The notes below the pieces were generated by a model, which did no database searches, was not told the origin of the DNA, and saw nothing but the letters and a program-made list of their open reading frames with translations. A DNA stretch of 63,698 bases, filler included, from Perkinsus chesapeaki ATCC PRA-425 (lineage: Eukaryota > Protista > Perkinsozoa): assembly GCA_013115145.1 (NCBI GenBank). It is 4 parts of 4 records of this genome, joined end to end, with 100 filler letters (N's around TTAATTAATTAA, not from the genome) between each part and the next. Parts side by side here need not be neighbours in the genome. Positions count along the whole stretch, not along the records: positions 44,796 to 62,455 come from JAAPAO010000681.1; positions 62,556 to 63,698 come from JAAPAO010002157.1; 2 more parts are not named here. One strand, 5' to 3'. A program made the position numbers and the translations under genes. Position 1 is the first letter of the stretch. Each line of letters opens with the position of its first letter. Shown piece by piece: positions 58,092 through 63,698 of the stretch.

Positions 58092-61000
58092 ATGGACCCT
58101 GCCAATGATGAAGGTGGGCCCTCTAGCTCCTCGGTGTCGGCATTGCTGCCCATGTGGGCCCTAATCGAGGGAGTAGCAGACACCAGTTTACAGGAGATGG
58201 AGCGAGCTCTGGAGACCAGCGACGCTACGACCATCTGGACAGCTGTTAGGCGCCTAAGGGAACGGACTATCGCATTGCATGTGGCTTGTGGGTATTTTCT
58301 AGGGGCCCATGGCGGTGCTCGAGCCCTGGCTGAGGGTAGGAAACGACAGCTGGAGTACGACAATAACGCACACCTGAACGAGCGGATAGGAGAGGAGATG
58401 GTTCCTTTGAGGCTGTGGACGAGAGGACAGGCAAGGGATCAACAATGGAACGTGCGGGATGCGGCCACGGTACTGTTGGGGGGTGAGAGGAGCTTCTTAC
58501 CGGAGTTGACGGCTGATCTGGTGGGCAGTATAGGAAAGCCTTATGTAGTGTCATCCTCTATGGCTATGAACCCCGAGGCCAGAAGTCAGGCGCAGGAGTA
58601 CCTACATCATCAGCTTAGCCTTTATAACGCCCAAGCTGGGCTGCCTCATGGCGCACTGTTCTCGGTGGATGAGCATACGGATACTATTTTGCTGGCATCT
58701 AGAAAGGGAGATTTTTCGGTCCGAGCGATATACGATCTGACGTCATGGACCATACTGGACGTTCGGTTGCACCGTAAACGGCGAACAGCGTGTCGGTTGG
58801 TGCTGCAGGGGGTCATGGACCAGCTGGTGCGGGAGAAAAGCGAAGAGAATGGTCTAAAAGTGATGTATACGTGTGTGGCTCGGATGGCGGCACAGCTGCA
58901 GTTGAGAAGTCTGCATCAGCAAGCAAGAGATCTGCTGAACGCCTCGCCGGAGGGACCGATTTGGGGAGTTGATAAAGTAGGGGACGACTCGGGCGACAAA
59001 AATATGGAGAACTTCGTGAAGAGGATGGAGGTGAAGTTATGTCCAGCAGCGGTGGTGACAGGACAAGGGAAATGGTCGCCAAAGATTGTGTGGACCGCCG
59101 GAGACAGCGGAGTTGGGGCTCAGTTGCTGGGCGACTGGCTTGTCCCAGATCAGCTCAGGGTAGGTGGTCTGGCCGGTTGTTGATGCTATTCATTATCAGG
59201 CTCTTCCTGCCGACTATCTACCAGCCGATGATCTGCCGAGGTGCGTAGACTTGGCGTTTGGGTTGATACAAGAGCAGACGTTGACATCTTTGAAAGGATC
59301 TCTTCGCGGTAATAACACAGCGGAGTTGAAGCAGTCCAGCAGCGTCCATGGTGATCCCTCCTGGACGCTCATCTTGAAACGACCCGCTGGTGGATTGTGT
59401 GCTGCTGTCTCCTTGGATAAGACCGGCCGCATAACAGTTGAGTCTCCTTTACTGCTGGGCGGAGGGCCTCTACTGGTTACGTCCTTGCCTCACGCTATCG
59501 CTTTGCTGGACAGGCAACTGCCGTTCCTGGCAGTGGTAGAGTCGTCGGATGCCAAGGCAGGGGCACATGGATGGCACCGAACAGTGTGGCCTTACGGCTG
59601 TGTTTTACCTCCGAGCAACGAGCTGCTCGAGATGGAAGCATCTGGAATCTATCAGAGCCTCCAGCAGGTCCGAGAGGGCTGCGACCTGAGTGCGGCCTAT
59701 GCGATGTCTGAGGTCCCTGGAGTGTTCCTAACGATGACCTTCACTTACCCTCCTCTTAATGATGACCCTCCTTCGGTTGGCTTTATCGGTATCACTGTGA
59801 ATCCTCGCCTGATTAACGTGGGCTCCGCGGACCATGACCGAGATGTCTTCGCAGCTGCGACGCAGACGATATACGCGGCCGGTCGCTACCATAAGGGTTA
59901 TGCCCGACCCTTGAGGATCCTGGCCTCGGTTGGTTTGACACTTCGCAAGCTCCTACCACCCGACGAGTTTTCGCTCGAGCTTTCATGGCCGCCAGTGAAG
60001 AGGCAGGATAGCGGCGACGGTGAAGGTAACGTGTACGGCCATATGTTCGTATGGCGGCGCAATGACAAGCTGATTGGCAACCAACCGTTGGTGGAACAAG
60101 AGTCATCACCGGACATTGAGGACTCCTGCGATGACGAGAGCTTGACTACCGAGGAGGACAAAGAAGAAGACCAGGAGGACTTGGACCCGCCGAACCTGGC
60201 TTGTGTGGCGGAGCCAACAGTTCATGTTTTCATCAGCGACAAGGAAGAGGTAATGAACAAAGGTAGCTGTGTTTTGGTCACGCTTCGCTCAGGTCCCTTG
60301 GCGAATTCGCCTTTCCCTCATCCCGGGTTCGCTGGTCATTATTCAGGACGCCTCGGCGCCGGACGCGGAGCCTCCGCAGTGGCCGGCCAAGATGGTTTCA
60401 GATAGTGCTCATGTGGCACCACAAACGCCTGCCCCGACCACGGCAGCGTTCCTCGCGGATGACTGGGACTCGCCTCCTCCGGGCAAAGATACCACAGTTA
60501 GCAACCAGGTCGTTAGGATGCTATCGGGAGCTCGCGCTGTCCTGAGGAGCTACCCCGCGGTGGCTGTCGGTGGGGCCATTGCCACTGGGATAGTAATCGA
60601 GTACGGCACTCCTGGAGCACTCGGAAAGGATCTTCATCAACTAGTGAGGATGGCTGAATGGATCTACCAGGCGAGGATGGTGGCGCGATACCACGAAGGC
60701 ATGCAGTTGGTGGCCGCCGACTTGGAGGTGCTTCGGTTCTCGCTGTCTACCCATGGTGAAGAGGATGATGTCTTTGAGGTTTTCCTATCGGATGCTACCC
60801 GATCATCGCGGCCGGTCCTGGGCTGCTGTGCCGAGGGCCTTGGTGTATGTTTGAAGTGGATACAGCCTTCCTTGGCCGCCTGCATAGTACCCCAGCTCGA
60901 ATCGTTCGCTCAACTTCAGATGGTGGCAGCTACCTCGGGCGATCTGGCCGGTCCTCTCACAGGTCTGGCAGCTTATATCGAGCTCTGTCGTGCTGTCCAG

Positions 61001-62296
61001 TATAAACTAGGGGCAGTGGCTTCTAGCGGCGAGGCCGTGGCTACTGGAGCTAGACCTCCGGGTCTACCGGATAGTGCCCCAATGCCAATGTGGGAAGTGT
61101 GGCTGCGGAACCAATCTACCTTAGACGTGGCTTACGGCAGGACCTACCTCTTCGAGTTCACCGCTATGGTCGGCGGCTACGTGGTTGTTAAGGCCAATAA
61201 GCGCTACAAGCAGCCATTTGTGCCCCTGCCGTCCCCCAGCCGCTTCTTTCAGATGGTGGCAACGTCGAAGGGCTCGGCGGTGCCGGGCCACTTTGTGCCT
61301 TTAAGAGACACCGAGTTTCGGATACGCTTTCCACCAGGCAAGCTGTACAGTGGCATCCTAGAGCCCCTTGGAATCTACTGTTGGTATTGTCATATCATTT
61401 CTACGATAACAACTGGAGTGCTGCCAGCAGACTGTGTCAGAGAGGATCGGACGTCACCCGAGTCTGCGTCGAGCTCGGACCCCTGGAGACTTCTCAGCTG
61501 GAACGCGTTCGATGACAATGTAAAGTGCGTGGTGCTGCTCTTTGGCGACGAGGCTACCAAAACCTTCAAGTTGGAGCTCCGCGTCGTCAAGGCTCCCGGG
61601 CGGCCCGACTCGCCTGTCCTCAACCACTACTTGGCGGCTTCGTCTGTGCTGGTTGAAGAATTCACTGATTTGTGCCAGACACCGGGTGTTGTTGCGGTCC
61701 CGAGCTTCGTGTTGAAGCTGCTGAGACCAGGTGTACCATGGGTTGCTGTGTGCGAGGTGGCGGCATTGGTCCGGAAGGAGCGCCGAGACCGAGAAGCGCT
61801 GCGGCAAATCGACCAGACTAAGTCGGCCTCCTGCGAGTGGCAAATCGACTGGCAGGAGCTGAGCACTCCACGGCCACCGAACGCTACCAATTCCTTCATT
61901 ATGCTTCTGAATCTCAGCGTCAGGCTCAACATGCCCAATCAGTCTCATATACTCCGGTCGGCAAAGTTAACGTTTACAGTGAACTACAACAACGTAACTA
62001 ACTGGCATGGATGGGATGTTGTACATGTGTCCAGTCTCAACGACAAGAGGGCTGCTCATCTCAGTGACATTGTCGGGGAGACTCAACGGCCACCGTACAG
62101 ATTGGAGGCACATCTGGACTCTATATGGAGTCAGCTAGTGAGTTGGATGTTCGTCAGAGGCTCACCATCGAGTCCCCAACAGCACCCAGTCCAGCAGCAG
62201 GCAGCCCCGAACGCCAACTTCGGCTACAACCACGGTTTGAATGCCTTCATGGGCCACCAGGATGCTACTCGGTATGGGTATCATCACACGTCTTAG
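58092..62296 (+). CDS. MED14: Probable Mediator complex subunit MED14 (Rgr1)-like protein, 3 exons, about 1373 aa
   Basis: Introns 59160-59199 and 60250-60292 (GT-AG) join three ORFs in frame. The N-terminus LPMWALIEGVADTSLQEME...VRRLRERTIALHVAC...ARDQQWNVRDAATVLLGG resembles the Med14 N-terminal domain (ending AR.P.FD+..A..VL..G), and the length fits. Confidence 0.55.
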
Positions 62297-62455
62297 CTCT
62301 GATAATAATAAATTGTACAACTACTACTGCTTGTGAGTTTCCTACTGAGGAAGTTGCTGTTGCGCTAGTAGCATTTTGCAAAGTGCGCTGTTATGATAGT
62401 GTCTCCCATTGTGTCTGAGAGGGTCCGTCGCGCCCGCCCCAGGCTAGGCTAGTAA

Positions 62456-62555
62456 NNNNNNNNNNNNNNNNNNNNNNNNNNNNNNNNNNNNNNNNNNNNT
62501 TAATTAATTAANNNNNNNNNNNNNNNNNNNNNNNNNNNNNNNNNNNNNNNNNNNN
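62456..62555. other. Artificial contig linker (N-TTAATTAATTAA-N)
   Basis: Same 100-nt spacer. Confidence 0.98.
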
Positions 62556-62559
62556 CAAT

Positions 62560-63400
62560 AGTGGTTCGAAGAGTCAGAAGGATTGCATGAAGCCACAAAC
62601 AGTATCCTGAAGAGGCACAATATGCTAAAAAGTTTCATCATCACATCTGATAAATCGTGTAACTTCTCGAAAGGAACTACCGAGAGGCTGCAAAAGAAAG
62701 CTAGCTTGGAATTTATAGCTATGAGCCTCTCAACAATCCATATCTACTTTGAATTCGATCTCAGTAAGATCATCTCACCCAGTATCACCAAGAGAAAATT
62801 TCCAACCGTAAGGCACTCTTATACGAACGGTAAGTTAGGTTAGAAATGGGTACGCTAATTTACTGACATCCATATCCCCATGTGGCAGTTGTCGATGAAT
62901 TTCACCGTTCGTTTTCTTCAATCTGGAACTCTCAACTGCACCATTAGCATCTCTTCGCACGGATCCAACTGATGTTGGATCCGACTGCTTGTTCGTCCTA
63001 TCCTAACCGCTATTTATTAGGCTATAATCATGAGTGTGTTCAACACACTGTGGTGTGCGTCGCGAATTGCGGTCTTTCAAGTCGCGTGTAGATGGCTTCT
63101 TCGCCCAAGTGATTGAGCAACCCTGTCAGAGCTGCACAGGAAAACACTGATCGCGGATTTCCCGATATATGCCAAGCGTACAGAAATTCAAATCAAGGGA
63201 GAAAGCCTAGAAGTTGATCACGGGAGGTGAAATTCGAACAGTGTCTCTGACCAGAGTAATGGCCATCACAAAGCAATTCACAGTACAACAGCGGCTGAGA
63301 GCAAGCTCGGAGATCCCCACTTCATGAGACCTCTCTTCGGACTAGACCAGTTTATGAAAACGGAGCTCCGGAGGAAGCAGATTCCAGTAGGTGTTGCATG
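62560..63400 (+). mobile_element. Possible decayed DNA-transposase (hAT-like) fragment
   Basis: ILKRHNMLKSFIITSDKSCNF loosely resembles the hAT ...L....+..+.TDN.SN segment. Downstream frames are broken by stops. Weak similarity only. Confidence 0.2.
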
Positions 63401-63698
63401 TGGCCCAATCAGGCCCTCAGAACTTGACAGCGTTGCAGGGTATTGGGTAGTTTCAACCTTATGCTTGCATTCCAGCGACCATAAGGCTGAGAAAGTATAT
63501 CGTTGCGGTGCGCGACAATTCAATTCTGGGGGGCTCAATACGGTTCAGCCTTTTCATGTACCCATTGTGTAGCATGTAGCTATGCCCGTACGCGTGGCCG
63601 GCTGGAGGGATATTGCCGAAGACTCCTGCGCTTATGGGCATGTCTTCCCAAAGCGCGACTTCCTCCGCGCAGTCAGGATACTGTATCCTGGATACATT

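Overview
This is eukaryotic, intron-rich DNA (mostly ~35-60 nt GT-AG introns) from a Perkinsus-like alveolate. The assignment is inferred from a near-perfect dinoflagellate/Perkinsus spliced-leader 22-mer at 25006-25027 and from the gene style. The window is not one continuous molecule: three 100-nt N-TTAATTAATTAA-N spacers (27868, 44696, 62456) join four contigs artificially, and a plain N gap lies inside a minisatellite. Recognisable genes are thiamine pyrophosphokinase, a LicD-family transferase, AP-1 sigma adaptin, histone stem-loop binding protein (SLBP), two tandem secreted paralogs, a GT31 glycosyltransferase with an extra domain, a PH-C2-MCTP-like membrane protein, a C69 dipeptidase, a Regnase-type NYN protein, a protein with tandem SH3-like modules, two MFS transporters and a probable Mediator MED14. 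Several multi-exon hypothetical genes have approximate boundaries. The most striking unexplained signals are (i) a genomic spliced leader followed by GT and (ii) a strong excess of perfect odd-length (n-1-n) palindromes, often in overlapping chains, in non-coding or decayed DNA of two separate contigs. All analysis was done by eye, without database searches.
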